From the NCBI GenBank assembly GCA_903856085.1, contig CAIOAT010000013.1:103430-167429 (forward strand): 64,000 nt of DNA, written 5' to 3'. Position numbers and translations under genes: made by a program. The notes under the pieces are model-generated. The model was not told the DNA's origin and searched no databases. It worked only from the letters and a program-made list of their open reading frames with translations. Position 1 is the first letter of the stretch. Every line of letters begins with the position of its first letter. The stretch comes from Candidatus Omnitrophota bacterium. Its GTDB lineage: Bacteria > Omnitrophota > Omnitrophia > Omnitrophales > Aquincolibacteriaceae. Below, in pieces: positions 10,689 to 20,956 of the stretch.

Positions 10689-10999
10689 TCGGAATTCCCT
10701 TGTCGCACATTCTGATCTTTTCACTGCTCCTTTTCGCGATCGGCGTTTACGGCGCGCTTGTACGGCGTAATATCATCGGTATCCTGATCTCGATCGAATT
10801 GATGCTGAACGCCGCCAATATCAATCTGATCGCATTTTCGAAATATACGTCCCTTTCTCCGGCAACCGGGCAGATCTTCGCTATTTTCGTAATCGCGATC
10901 GCTGCGACCGCAGCCGCCGTGGGACTTGCCATCGTTCTGGCCCTTTACCGCGTTCGTAAAACTGTTTATACCGATGAGGTTAATTTACTGAAATGGTAA
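10685..10999 (+). CDS. nuoK: NADH-quinone oxidoreductase subunit K.
   Basis: 104 aa with three TM helices. [29 protein letters not shown] matches the NuoK/ND4L family. Confidence 0.85.
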   Translation: MIGIPLSHILIFSLLLFAIGVYGALVRRNIIGILISIELMLNAANINLIAFSKYTSLSPATGQIFAIFVIAIAATAAAVGLAIVLALYRVRKTVYTDEVNLLKW

Positions 11000-12939
11000 C
11001 GTCCGACCAGATTCTTCTTGTTCCTTCTTTACCCTTTTTGGCCTTCGTGGTCAACATCCTGGCCGGACGCTGGCTTAAAAACCGCGCGGCCTGGCTTTCC
11101 ATCGCCACGAGCTCGGTAGCTTGCGTGATCGCGCTGCCCGTCTGCTGGGCCGTATTCAGGGGAGCTCATTTTGCCCATCAAGGAACCTGGCTCATGCTCG
11201 GCACCACGCCTCTCAAATTTGGCTATTTGATGGACCCTCTTTCCGCGACTCTGCTTTTCATGGTCACGATCGTCGGCACCCTGATCCAGGTCTATGCCGC
11301 GGGCTACATGCATGGCGACCCGCGCTACAGCCGCTTCTTCGCCTATGTTTCGCTTTTCATGGCCGCCATGCTTACGCTCGTGATCTCGGACAACTATCTG
11401 CTCTTTTTCATGTCCTGGGAGATCATGGGACTTTGCTCGTATCTTTTGATCGGCTTTTATTTTGAGAAAGCTTCTGCCGCAAACGCTTCTCTGAAAGCAT
11501 TCCTCACCACACGCATCGGCGACGTCGGTTTCCTCCTGGGATTCCTGACTCTTTTCGCAGCGATCGGCACGCTCAACTTTGCCGAGATGAACACGATCAT
11601 GACCGGAGCACACGGAAATCACGCCATTTTGAATATGGCGCTACTGACCATGGCGGCGCTTCTTATTTTCTGCGGGACGATCGGCAAGTCCGCGCAGTTC
11701 CCGCTGCATGTTTGGCTGCCCGATGCCATGGAAGGCCCGACACCCGTGAGCGCACTCATCCATGCCGCAACCATGGTGGCCGCCGGCGTTTTTCTCGTCG
11801 CGCGATCTTTCACCCTTTTCATGGCCGTCCCGAATATCCTGCCGATCGTCACCGCCATCGGAACGATCACAGCCTTCATGGCCGCTTTTATCGCGCTCAC
11901 GCAAAACGACATCAAACGCGTTCTTGCTTATTCGACGATTTCGCAACTCGGTTATATGGTCACCGCCATGGGTCTCTCGGGCCTCGGAGCGGGAACATTT
12001 CACCTCATCACACACGCTTTTTTCAAGGCCCTGCTTTTCCTCGGAGCCGGCAGCGTGATCCACGGGACCCATGTTCAGGATATCCGCGAGATGGGCGGCC
12101 TTTTCAAGAAAATGCCGCAGACAGCCACCACCTTCATCATCGCAAGTCTTGCCCTCGCCGGAATCCCGCCGCTTTCCGGCTTCTGGTCCAAAGACGAGAT
12201 CCTGCTCGCAGCTTTCGGATCGGGAAACTTTCTGGTTTTCGGCATCCTGCTCCTCACGGCATTTATGACGGCTTTCTATATGTTCCGTCTTATTTTCCTG
12301 ACGTTTTTCGGCACGGCACGAAATGCCAAAGTACACGCCCATGAATCTCCGGCACTCATGACGGTGCCCCTCTGGTGCCTTGCGTTGGGCTCGATCGTGA
12401 TCGGTATCCCCGGCTCTCCTTTCATGCATCATTGGTTCCAGAAATTCATAGCGCATATGGTCCATTATCCGGAATATGAACCCTCCGCCTTGGTCATGGC
12501 CTGCTCGATCGCCGTCGCGGTCGTTGGGATCGCGCTCGCGGGCGTCATTTATCTCAAGCAAAAACACTGGGCCGCAGCCGTCGCGAAAAGCTTTCCTTCC
12601 TTTTACCGTCTTTCTTTCAATAAATTCTATTTCGACGAGTTTTATTCCGCTTACATCGTAAAACCTTTTCAAGGGCTGGGTCGCGTCCTGTTCGGCTTTG
12701 ACGAGACTGTGATCGACGGTACGGTGAACAACGCGGGACGCGCGACGATGTTCCTAAGCAGCGTGAAGCAGTGGATCGACACTTACATCGTTGACGGTAC
12801 CGTGAATTTCATGGGAACTTCGGTTTATTTTCTTAATTCGATCACTAAACGCATCCAGACGGGCTTTGTTCAAAACTATTTGCTCATTGTTTTTTTAGGC
12901 GTTCTCGCTTTTCTTGCTTTTGAACTGAAATTGACGTAG
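10993..12939 (+). CDS. nuoL: NADH-quinone oxidoreductase subunit L.
   Basis: 648-aa antiporter-like subunit with the [22 protein letters not shown] motif and a long C-terminal amphipathic extension. Confidence 0.9.
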   Translation: MVTSDQILLVPSLPFLAFVVNILAGRWLKNRAAWLSIATSSVACVIALPVCWAVFRGAHFAHQGTWLMLGTTPLKFGYLMDPLSATLLFMVTIVGTLIQVYAAGYMHGDPRYSRFFAYVSLFMAAMLTLVISDNYLLFFMSWEIMGLCSYLLIGFYFEKASAANASLKAFLTTRIGDVGFLLGFLTLFAAIGTLNFAEMNTIMTGAHGNHAILNMALLTMAALLIFCGTIGKSAQFPLHVWLPDAMEGPTPVSALIHAATMVAAGVFLVARSFTLFMAVPNILPIVTAIGTITAFMAAFIALTQNDIKRVLAYSTISQLGYMVTAMGLSGLGAGTFHLITHAFFKALLFLGAGSVIHGTHVQDIREMGGLFKKMPQTATTFIIASLALAGIPPLSGFWSKDEILLAAFGSGNFLVFGILLLTAFMTAFYMFRLIFLTFFGTARNAKVHAHESPALMTVPLWCLALGSIVIGIPGSPFMHHWFQKFIAHMVHYPEYEPSALVMACSIAVAVVGIALAGVIYLKQKHWAAAVAKSFPSFYRLSFNKFYFDEFYSAYIVKPFQGLGRVLFGFDETVIDGTVNNAGRATMFLSSVKQWIDTYIVDGTVNFMGTSVYFLNSITKRIQTGFVQNYLLIVFLGVLAFLAFELKLT

Positions 12940-12957
12940 TACTCAAAAGGAGTTTTT

Positions 12958-14433
12958 ATGACAGCGCATATTTTATCCTGGATCATTTTCACACCGCTCA
13001 TGGGCGCAGGGATTGTGCTTTTCGTACCGAAAAGCGCAACTGACTGGATCAAATGGATCGCACTGACGACCACCGGTATCGTAACCGCGCTCACCTGTTA
13101 CGCGCTTACGATCTTCCAACCCGCTCAAGCCGGCTTCCAGATGGTGGAACGCGCCTCGTGGATCCCGCAATTCGGCGTCCAGTACCTTCTCGGAACGGAC
13201 GGGATCAGCTTTCCCATGGTATTTCTCACCGCGATCATTTCCATGATCGCGTGTCTCGCATCTTTTCCTCATGTGCGCGTCAAAGAGGGTCGCGAAAAAG
13301 AGTATTATTTTCTGTATCTCTTACTTGAGACCGGCATGCTGGGAACGTTCCTCGCGCTCGACCTTTTCCTTTTTTATGTGCTCTGGGAAGTCGTGCTTGT
13401 TCCGATGTATTTTCTGATCGGGATCTGGGGTGGACCACGCCGCGAATACGCCGCAATCAAGTTCTTCCTTTATACTCTCGCGGGCAGTCTTTTCATGCTC
13501 TTGGGAATCCTCGGCGTTTACTTCGCTGCGGCACCCCACACCTTCGACATGACACAGCTTGTCGGAATGCCTCGCGGACTCCTTTTTCAACAGGTCGTTT
13601 TTATGGCATTCTTCCTCGGCTTTGCGATCAAGGTGCCGATCTTTCCGTTCCACACCTGGCTTCCCGACGCGCACGTGGAGGCCCCGACCCCGATCAGCGT
13701 GATCCTCGCGGGCGTCCTCCTGAAGATGGGTACGTACGGATTCTTCCGCTTCAGCTATCCCCTTTTTCCTCAAGCCGCGCATTGGTTCCAACCCGCCATG
13801 GCAGTTCTGGCCGTTGTGGGTATCGTGTACGGAGGATTTGTAGCACTCGCCCAAACGGACTTCAAAAAAATGGTCGCTTACTCAAGCGTCAGTCACATGG
13901 GGTTCGTTCTGCTCGGACTTGCGGCCTTGAACGCGAACGGTTTCCGCGGAGCCATGCTCCAGATGTTCACGCACGGCACCATCACCGGAGGACTTTTCTT
14001 GTTGGTCGGTGTCCTCTATGACCGGGCCCACTCCCGCGACCTGAATGATTTCGGCGGACTCGGCGTTAAAATGCCCGCCTATGCGGGATTCCTGACTTTT
14101 TTTGCGCTTGCCTCACTCGGCCTTCCGGGTCTCTCCGGCTTCGTCAGTGAGTTCCTGGCACTCCTGGGTTCCTATCAATATTCCAAGGTAGTGACAGGGC
14201 TCTCAACGATCGGCATCATCCTCGCTGCAGCGTATCTCCTTTACATGATCCAGCGTGTCCTGCTCGGGAAACTCAATCTGAAATGGGCCGGACTTACCGA
14301 TATCAAAATCCAGGAGGTTCTCACGCTGCTGCCGCTCATGGTCCTCATTCTCGGGATCGGTATTTATCCGCGCGTTATCCTGGATTACATGATCCCGACA
14401 CTCGATGGTTTACTTAAAGCCATAAAGGTTTAG
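12958..14433 (+). CDS. nuoM: NADH-quinone oxidoreductase subunit M.
   Basis: 491-aa antiporter-like subunit with WLPDAHVEAPTPISVILAGVLLKMG. Confidence 0.9.
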   Translation: MTAHILSWIIFTPLMGAGIVLFVPKSATDWIKWIALTTTGIVTALTCYALTIFQPAQAGFQMVERASWIPQFGVQYLLGTDGISFPMVFLTAIISMIACLASFPHVRVKEGREKEYYFLYLLLETGMLGTFLALDLFLFYVLWEVVLVPMYFLIGIWGGPRREYAAIKFFLYTLAGSLFMLLGILGVYFAAAPHTFDMTQLVGMPRGLLFQQVVFMAFFLGFAIKVPIFPFHTWLPDAHVEAPTPISVILAGVLLKMGTYGFFRFSYPLFPQAAHWFQPAMAVLAVVGIVYGGFVALAQTDFKKMVAYSSVSHMGFVLLGLAALNANGFRGAMLQMFTHGTITGGLFLLVGVLYDRAHSRDLNDFGGLGVKMPAYAGFLTFFALASLGLPGLSGFVSEFLALLGSYQYSKVVTGLSTIGIILAAAYLLYMIQRVLLGKLNLKWAGLTDIKIQEVLTLLPLMVLILGIGIYPRVILDYMIPTLDGLLKAIKV

Positions 14434-14461
14434 AACTTATGAAATTCGAATTTTTATCAAG

Positions 14462-15877
14462 GTGCCTAGCATGAACGCCATCGAAAGCCTGAAATATTTC
14501 GTTCCCGAATTGATCTTGCTGGGCGGCGCGTTCGTTGCGTTAACGCTGGATTTTTTCCTGCGCCAGAAGAAACTCGTGGGAGAATTCGCGCTGCTTGTGA
14601 TCGTGCTCGCCTTATGCCTCGCGAAAGCGCCTACGCAACCCCTGCCGCTTTTCTTTGGCATGTTCGAATTGGACGCCTTCGCGCATTTTTTCCGTTACCT
14701 CGCGCTGGGCGCCGTCGGCATCACGATCCTGATCTCACTGGGCTACTCCCCGCTTCAGAAACGCTATACCGGCGAGTTCTACAGCCTCTTCCTTTTCATG
14801 GCCTTCGCCCTCATCACGGTCGCAGCAGCGAATAACCTGCTGATGATCTTCCTCAGCATCGAGTTTGTTTCCTTGCTCTCGTACCTTCTCGTGGGATTCC
14901 TGAAAGAAGATCCGAAATCGAAAGAAGCGGCCATCAAGTATCTCCTTTTCGGGAGCGTCTGTTCAGGGATCATGCTCTACGGCATGTCGCTTCTCTACGG
15001 TGCCACTGGATCCCTCGAGCTTCCCGTCATCGGAAATGCCCTTCTGGGAGCTCCTTTTAAACCCTTGGCGACCGCGGCCATACTGTTTTTCTTCACGGGT
15101 CTTGGATTTAAGATCTCCATGGCGCCTTTTCACATGTGGGCACCGGACGTTTATGAAGGTGCGCCGACTCCGGTCACGGCCTTCCTGACCGTAGCACCCA
15201 AGGCGTTGGGCTTTGCGGTTCTGACGCGCGTACTGGACATGATCTTCTGGAATTTCCAGAGCGTCTGGACCCCGGTGCTTGTGATCCTCTCGATCCTCAC
15301 CATGACGATCGGCAACATCACCGCCGTCTCTCAATCCAACATCAAACGGTTTCTGGCCTACTCCAGCATCGCGCAAGCGGGTTATATCCTGATGGGTCTC
15401 GCGGCATTCTCACATCTCGGCCGGGATGCAGTCCTGATCTATTTATTCGCTTATCTGATGACGAATCTTGGCGCGTTTACGGTCGTTCTGTTTGTCGCAG
15501 GTGAAACTCAAAGCGATTCCCTCGATGCCTACGCCGGCCTCTCAAAGCGCTCCCCTATGGCCGCGGCAATGCTTACCATTTTTCTTCTCTCTTTAGCCGG
15601 TCTTCCTCCACTCGCGGGATTCATCGGAAAATATTATGTTTTCGCAGCTGCCATTCAGGGAAAGTTCATCATGCTCACGATCTTCGCCGCCATTAATAGC
15701 GTGATTGCAGCCTATTATTATTTCCGGATCATCCGCCTCATGTATCTGACGCCGGCGACAGGCCCGGCATTTGCCGCTCCGTCCAAAGCCTTGACGGTCG
15801 CCCTTTGGACCCTGTTTCTGAGTGTGCTAGCCTTGGGTATTTTCCCGAGCTTTTTCATCACCCGCATCCTGGGATAG
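14462..15877 (+). CDS. nuoN: NADH-quinone oxidoreductase subunit N.
   Basis: 471-aa antiporter-like subunit with FHMWAPDVYEGAPTPVTAFL. It is the last gene of the operon. Confidence 0.85.
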   Translation: MPSMNAIESLKYFVPELILLGGAFVALTLDFFLRQKKLVGEFALLVIVLALCLAKAPTQPLPLFFGMFELDAFAHFFRYLALGAVGITILISLGYSPLQKRYTGEFYSLFLFMAFALITVAAANNLLMIFLSIEFVSLLSYLLVGFLKEDPKSKEAAIKYLLFGSVCSGIMLYGMSLLYGATGSLELPVIGNALLGAPFKPLATAAILFFFTGLGFKISMAPFHMWAPDVYEGAPTPVTAFLTVAPKALGFAVLTRVLDMIFWNFQSVWTPVLVILSILTMTIGNITAVSQSNIKRFLAYSSIAQAGYILMGLAAFSHLGRDAVLIYLFAYLMTNLGAFTVVLFVAGETQSDSLDAYAGLSKRSPMAAAMLTIFLLSLAGLPPLAGFIGKYYVFAAAIQGKFIMLTIFAAINSVIAAYYYFRIIRLMYLTPATGPAFAAPSKALTVALWTLFLSVLALGIFPSFFITRILG

Positions 15878-15880
15878 AAA

Positions 15881-16762
15881 GTGCGGAAATTCTCGGTTCT
15901 GGAAAAATCGCTTCTTCAGGATTTCCTCTTCACAGCCCTCAAGGACCTCAAGAAAACAAAGATCAAACAGATCCTGAAATTCGGTTCCGTCCACGTCAAC
16001 GGCCGCGAGGTCACCTGGTACCAGCACCCTTTGAAACCTGGTGATAAGGTCGAAATCTTAGGAAAGGAACGCGCTTCCGCGGAAAGGTCCAAGACGGAGC
16101 TGGGCCTGAAGATCATCTATGAAGACAGCGAACTCCTGGTGGTGGAAAAACCTGCGGGGCTCTTGACCATGGGCACGGAACGCGAAAAAGAAGCAACTCT
16201 TTATTTCATGCTCAATGAATACGAGCGCTCCAAAACCAAGGATGAAAGCGGGCGCGTTTTTATCGTCCACCGCCTGGACCGGGACGCCTCAGGATTGATC
16301 GTTTTCGCGAAAAGTGATGCCCTGAAGCGCGCGCTCCAGGGCCATTGGGAACTCGCAACCAAGAAGTACTTTGCGATCACGGAAGGCACTCCGAAAGAAA
16401 AGACGGGAACGATTGAGAATTATCTCAGGGAAGACGCTTTCAAACGGGTTTATACCGTGTCACCCAACCATCCCGAGGCACAACATGCAGTCACCCATTA
16501 CCGCGTACTTCGCGAAAACGGGGGCTACGCGCTTCTGGAGGTCACACTTGAGACCGGCCGCAAGAATCAAATCCGTGTTCATTGTTCCGGCATCGGCTGT
16601 CCCATCATGGGCGACGAAAAGTATGGCGCCAAGTCCGATCCCTTCCGCCGGCTGGCGCTCCACGCCTGCTTTCTTTCATTCCCCCATCCGGGTACCGGCG
16701 CACTCAAGACCTTTCAGTCCCCTCTCCCCACTCCCTTCAAAAAGATCTTTCCGGATATTTAG
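15881..16762 (+). CDS. RluA-family pseudouridine synthase (RluD/RluC-like) with an N-terminal S4-like domain.
   Basis: The catalytic motif HRLDRDASGLIVFAKSD is present. It has a GTG start 3 nt after the nuoN stop. Confidence 0.8.
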   Translation: MRKFSVLEKSLLQDFLFTALKDLKKTKIKQILKFGSVHVNGREVTWYQHPLKPGDKVEILGKERASAERSKTELGLKIIYEDSELLVVEKPAGLLTMGTEREKEATLYFMLNEYERSKTKDESGRVFIVHRLDRDASGLIVFAKSDALKRALQGHWELATKKYFAITEGTPKEKTGTIENYLREDAFKRVYTVSPNHPEAQHAVTHYRVLRENGGYALLEVTLETGRKNQIRVHCSGIGCPIMGDEKYGAKSDPFRRLALHACFLSFPHPGTGALKTFQSPLPTPFKKIFPDI

Positions 16763-17358
16763 GAAGGAACGGCCAGGCTGTCACCAATGACGGCTCGACG
16801 CCTCAATTCGAAAAAACATTTTGAACAGCAGAGCACATCGGACGCGGCGTTGTGCTGATCCTCAAAATCCACATCGAAGAGCTTAATGTGAAGCTCGGAG
16901 AGTTTTGGCCACTTGTCACCATAAGGCCCCGGGATCTTGCAATAGCCTGTGGAGCTTTTCATGGTACACATTTTCTTCATCGGTGACAGCACATCCGACA
17001 GTCCTTGGCGCAACAACTCCACTCGAACCATTTTTTCGTCAAAATCCATATTGTGTGCGACAAGGCATGCAGCCCCCAGAATCGCCTTGGAAAATTCCTT
17101 CAAAACCTCCGCGACCGGCCGCCCTTCTTTCAAGGCACTTTCGGTGCTGATGCCGTGGATCGCCGTCGCGACTTGGGGAATCACAAAATCTTCCGGCCTG
17201 ATAATGTAATCGTGAAATGCGAGTTGAGTCCCGTTGCCGTCAAAAAGCGCCCAGGCGATCTGGACAATATGCGGCCAGTTCCCGAGATCAGTCACAGGAG
17301 CCTTCCAGCTTTTCGGCAGGCCTGTTGTTTCCGTATCAAAAAAAAGATACGTCTTCAT
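16759..17358 (-). CDS. DEDDh 3'-5' exonuclease (DnaQ/epsilon-like).
   Basis: Exo I FFDTETTGLP, Exo II HNMDFDEKMV and Exo III HNAASDVL. 199 aa. It is the last gene of the thiS operon. Confidence 0.75.
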   Translation of the reverse strand: MKTYLFFDTETTGLPKSWKAPVTDLGNWPHIVQIAWALFDGNGTQLAFHDYIIRPEDFVIPQVATAIHGISTESALKEGRPVAEVLKEFSKAILGAACLVAHNMDFDEKMVRVELLRQGLSDVLSPMKKMCTMKSSTGYCKIPGPYGDKWPKLSELHIKLFDVDFEDQHNAASDVLCCSKCFFELRRRAVIGDSLAVPS

Positions 17359-18122
17359 GGTTTCACCAAAATACCTTTTCCACCATGATAATAATAGATC
17401 TCCGGTGCTTTCCCCTCATACGCCTGTATTTCCTTTTCAAACCAGACACGCACTCGTTGCTGCTGGACTTCATCAGCAGGATCCCAGATAGGATCGACGC
17501 TTAAGTCATGCACGATATAGAACGCGTTAGGTTCCCGGCCACCTTTATTCATCATTTTTTTAAAAAGAATATCCATCTGGTCCCAGGACTGTTTCTTCGC
17601 ACCGCCTCCGGTCAAGGCAGCCCTCACACTCTCTTCAGAAAAACTGTTCAACGGGGATGCTATAGGCTCCCGATTGAAGAACTCTACATGGCTCATCACT
17701 TCAATCTTGCCCCAGTCGGCGGGCGCGCGGTAATGTAAGAGAGCAAAAAGCTGTCCGTAACGGATCAGCGTCTTTTGATCCGGGCCAAGATCCCTAGAAT
17801 GGTTGATAATGAGCCGCCCGAGATCGTTGGGATTGAAATTCCGAATCCCGTCTTGGATATCCACGGACAGAACATCAAAACCAAAAAAACCGTGTAGTCC
17901 ATTTTGCGCAAGGCTCATCGTGTGCTCCAGAACATCCTGAAAAGATTGCCACGCCATTTTTTCATTTTTGGAGATGATCGAGGCAAGGTAAAGGGGTCGC
18001 GGGCTTTCTTCTTCCAGAATCACTTCGAATCTTAGGATCTTGGCTGTAAGTTCTTTGGGGTAAGAAATAGCCTTCCAAGAAGGAGAATCGGTAAAGAGAT
18101 TGGCCCGCAGAAGATCTTTCAT
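17355..18122 (-). CDS. Hypothetical protein with no recognisable family, translationally coupled between thiF and the exonuclease.
   Basis: ORF of 255 aa counted from the MKDLLRAN ATG (18122), 4 nt after the thiF stop. The long ORF-track version (to 18233) would overlap thiF by 107 nt. The protein contains no cysteine and no motif I can assign. Confidence 0.4.
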   Translation of the reverse strand: MKDLLRANLFTDSPSWKAISYPKELTAKILRFEVILEEESPRPLYLASIISKNEKMAWQSFQDVLEHTMSLAQNGLHGFFGFDVLSVDIQDGIRNFNPNDLGRLIINHSRDLGPDQKTLIRYGQLFALLHYRAPADWGKIEVMSHVEFFNREPIASPLNSFSEESVRAALTGGGAKKQSWDQMDILFKKMMNKGGREPNAFYIVHDLSVDPIWDPADEVQQQRVRVWFEKEIQAYEGKAPEIYYYHGGKGILVKP

Positions 18123-18126
18123 GGAG

Positions 18127-18735
18127 TTACTTTCCGGCGATGAATTCAAGTACAACATCCGCCTGTTTGGCTGCGGCAATACTGACCCGGGGCGATAAGG
18201 CGGGCGTCTTTTCAATATCAGACGTAAGGTCACCGATCAGAATAAGGTTTGACCTGAGTTTGCGAATCCGGAGATCATCACTCGAACCAAAGCCCCCGAG
18301 CCCGGAGGCAGAGACGATCAATTTTCCGGTAGGAAGCATTCCAGACACGAGCATACTCTTCGCCTCGGCCCGGTCTAGACACTCGACAACAACATCACAA
18401 TCGCAGAATATTTCTGGAATATTAGCGGGATCCAACCTCACAGGCAACATTTGAAGCTCCAGGTGAGGATTGATCCTTTGGAGATTGGTTTGCAGAGCTT
18501 CGACTTTCTTCATCCCGACCTGGTCTTGGAAATAAAATTGCCGGTCCAGGTTCGTGGCATCCACCACATCAAAGTCCGCGATCGTAAAATGTTTGAATCC
18601 CACTCGCACAAGACAGGCTGCGCAGTTGGAACCAAGGCCGCCCGCGCCCGCAATCCCGATCACTGCTTTCTCGATCTTTGCGAGCTTTGTTTCGCCGAGC
18701 TTTTTAATAAGGTTTTGTCTGAAAGCGTCCATCAT
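18127..18735 (-). CDS. thiF: ThiF/MoeB-family E1-like adenylyltransferase (short form), presumably the ThiS adenylyltransferase.
   Basis: Rossmann nucleotide-binding motif IGIAGAGGLGSNCAACLVRVG and the DFDVVDATNLDRQ motif. It sits in a thiS-thiG-thiH context. At 202 aa there is no C-terminal zinc or rhodanese domain. Confidence 0.7.
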   Translation of the reverse strand: MMDAFRQNLIKKLGETKLAKIEKAVIGIAGAGGLGSNCAACLVRVGFKHFTIADFDVVDATNLDRQFYFQDQVGMKKVEALQTNLQRINPHLELQMLPVRLDPANIPEIFCDCDVVVECLDRAEAKSMLVSGMLPTGKLIVSASGLGGFGSSDDLRIRKLRSNLILIGDLTSDIEKTPALSPRVSIAAAKQADVVLEFIAGK

Positions 18736-19847
18736 CAGATTTGCATCCAGTCTTTCAGCACCGGCTGATAACCCTTGGCGACAAGCATCGCTTTCATCGC
18801 ATCGACATCCCGGGGGTCTGCGATCTCAAATTGAGGGGCATTCTCCTCTTCGGGCGATGCAATCGTATGACCGCCGACACGCGTTGTGGACCCCGCGGAC
18901 ATGCGCGTGATTCCAAGGGGCAAGAGATCCTCCCGCAAGCCTGCGCTTTCACGCGTCGAAAGCGCAATCCCAAGCCGCGGGAGGAAAAGCCTCAGAGCCA
19001 CAATGATCTGTGCGATATTCGCATTGCTCACTTCCGTCATTTCTTTGAAATCCCCCGCATGCGGTCTCAAGCGCGGAAGCGAAGCCCCGGTCTCAACATC
19101 CCCAAAATGATCCTGGAGGTACTGAGCGTGGAGCCCCATTAAAAAAACCTCTTTCCTCCAATCGCTCAGCCCCAAAAGCACCCCGACATTCACGTTTCTC
19201 ATCCCGCTTCTTGCTGCACGTTCTGGGGCATCGAGCCGGAAAATGAAATCTTTTTTTGGACCCGATCTGTGCACTCGTTCATAGACCGCTTCATCATAGG
19301 TTTCCTGGTACAAGGTCAATCCATCAATCCCTGAGCGCACAAGATCCGCGTATTCCTCTTCAGAAAGAGCGTAGATCTCTGCAGAGATTGAGCTGAAATA
19401 TTTTTTCAGCACGCTAAGGCATTCCTTGATATAGGCCGGAGAGCTTTTGGTTCTTGAGTCTCCTGTCAAAATAAGCAGATGCTCGATCCCCGTCGAGGCA
19501 ATAAACGCGGCCTCTTTTTCCACTTCTTCCAAGGTTAATGTTCTCCGGGGCATTTTATTCCGGGCGTTGAAACCACAATAAGCGCACTCATTCTCGCAGA
19601 AATTCGAAAGATACATCGGAGTATAGAGCTGAATCGTCCGGCCGAAATGCTGAAGGGTCAGAGCATGTGCTTTTTGCGCCATCGATTCCAGGAATCCTTC
19701 CGCAGTCGGAGAAAGCAACGCCAAAAGTCGCTCGGGCTCCTGGGTACCGGAGGCGATCGAACGCTCAACCTCTTGGGGCGAAAGCTCATGAAAGATCTTC
19801 TCGAAAGGAAGATCCTTATATTTCAGAAGGATGTCGGAGTAACTCAT
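18735..19847 (-). CDS. thiH: 2-iminoacetate synthase ThiH (radical SAM).
   Basis: CENECAYCGF radical-SAM cluster motif in a 370-aa protein downstream of thiG. Confidence 0.8.
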   Translation of the reverse strand: MSYSDILLKYKDLPFEKIFHELSPQEVERSIASGTQEPERLLALLSPTAEGFLESMAQKAHALTLQHFGRTIQLYTPMYLSNFCENECAYCGFNARNKMPRRTLTLEEVEKEAAFIASTGIEHLLILTGDSRTKSSPAYIKECLSVLKKYFSSISAEIYALSEEEYADLVRSGIDGLTLYQETYDEAVYERVHRSGPKKDFIFRLDAPERAARSGMRNVNVGVLLGLSDWRKEVFLMGLHAQYLQDHFGDVETGASLPRLRPHAGDFKEMTEVSNANIAQIIVALRLFLPRLGIALSTRESAGLREDLLPLGITRMSAGSTTRVGGHTIASPEEENAPQFEIADPRDVDAMKAMLVAKGYQPVLKDWMQI

Positions 19848-19849
19848 TC

Positions 19850-20635
19850 TCAGCGCGTTTCATTCCGAAGAAAACCGGTCAGTGGCGAAGAGGCGCTTGC
19901 TTCGCTCCCTGAGGAGGCAAGCCCGGCGAGATACGCCGTACGGCCCGCGCTTACAGCCTCCCTGAATGCTCTGGCCATAGCCACGGGATCCCGGACAATC
20001 GCAATCGCCGTATTCACAAGTACCGCCGCGCAGCCCATCTCCATGCATTCGCAGGCATCCGAGGGACTGCCCAGGCCCGCGTCCACGATCACGGGCACCT
20101 TGATCTCACGCACCAGAATCTCCACAAGCTCCCGGGTCTTCATGCCGCGGTTACTGCCAATGGGAGACCCAAGGGGCATGACTGCTGCCGCACCCGCATC
20201 CGCCATGCGCTTGGCCATGGAAAGATCCGGACTCATGTAAGGAAGCACAATGAATCCCTCTTGAGCAAGAATCTCAACCGCTTTGAGCGTCTCAAGATTA
20301 TCCGGCAGGAGATATTTGTTATCCTGCACCACTTCGATCTTGATCCAGTTGCCGGCCCCACTCGCCTTGGCGAGTCTCGCAATGCGCACCGCCTCGTCCG
20401 CATTCCTTGCCCCGGAGGTATTGGCCATCAGAATGCAAGATTTCGGGATATATTCCAGAATATTATCGGTCTTAGCACCGGCATCCACGCGCCTGAGCGC
20501 CACTGTCACAATATCTGATTGGGCAGCTTCAAGGGCTTTTCTCATCAGCGGATAGCTGGAGAATTTCCCAGTGCCGATCAAAAGCCGACTTTTGATCGAG
20601 CGACCTCCGATATGCAACAGATCTTCCATGGTCAT
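19850..20635 (-). CDS. thiG: Thiazole synthase ThiG.
   Basis: 261-aa TIM-barrel protein with typical ThiG conservation (LLIGTGKF..., VLPYMSPD..., MPLGSPIGS). It overlaps thiS by 4 nt. Confidence 0.85.
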   Translation of the reverse strand: MTMEDLLHIGGRSIKSRLLIGTGKFSSYPLMRKALEAAQSDIVTVALRRVDAGAKTDNILEYIPKSCILMANTSGARNADEAVRIARLAKASGAGNWIKIEVVQDNKYLLPDNLETLKAVEILAQEGFIVLPYMSPDLSMAKRMADAGAAAVMPLGSPIGSNRGMKTRELVEILVREIKVPVIVDAGLGSPSDACECMEMGCAAVLVNTAIAIVRDPVAMARAFREAVSAGRTAYLAGLASSGSEASASSPLTGFLRNETR

Positions 20636-20832
20636 CCCCCTCCGACGAAACTGACGATCTCGATCATATCCTGATCCTTGAGTGTGATCTTGTGCCAGTC
20701 TTCTTTAGAGATAATGCTGAAGTTGTGTTCAACCACGATCTTGTCAGGACACAAGCCTTTCGCTGCAACGAGCGCATCGAGGCTCAAAGGTTTGTCGATC
20801 GATTCTTGTTTTCCGTTGAGGGTGAGGATCAT
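20632..20832 (-). CDS. thiS: Sulfur carrier protein ThiS.
   Basis: 66-aa protein ending in GG. It is the first gene of the thiSGHF block. Confidence 0.7.
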   Translation of the reverse strand: MILTLNGKQESIDKPLSLDALVAAKGLCPDKIVVEHNFSIISKEDWHKITLKDQDMIEIVSFVGGG

Positions 20833-20956
20833 GAACTCTTTTCCTTATTTAAGGGAACTATGCGCTCTATCTTAAACGAAAAAGAATCTTGTTTCTATCG
20901 AAAGGTAGCCGGCGCTAAGGCAACGGCCCGTAACACCTTTTCTTCAGCTCCAAAAA

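Noticed and set aside
9123-12672. Long minus-strand ORFs of 280 aa and 343 aa inside the nuo operon.
   Set aside because: They are antisense to nuoH and nuoL, with Asp/Arg/His/Gly-rich nonsense composition. The nuo reading frames are strongly supported.
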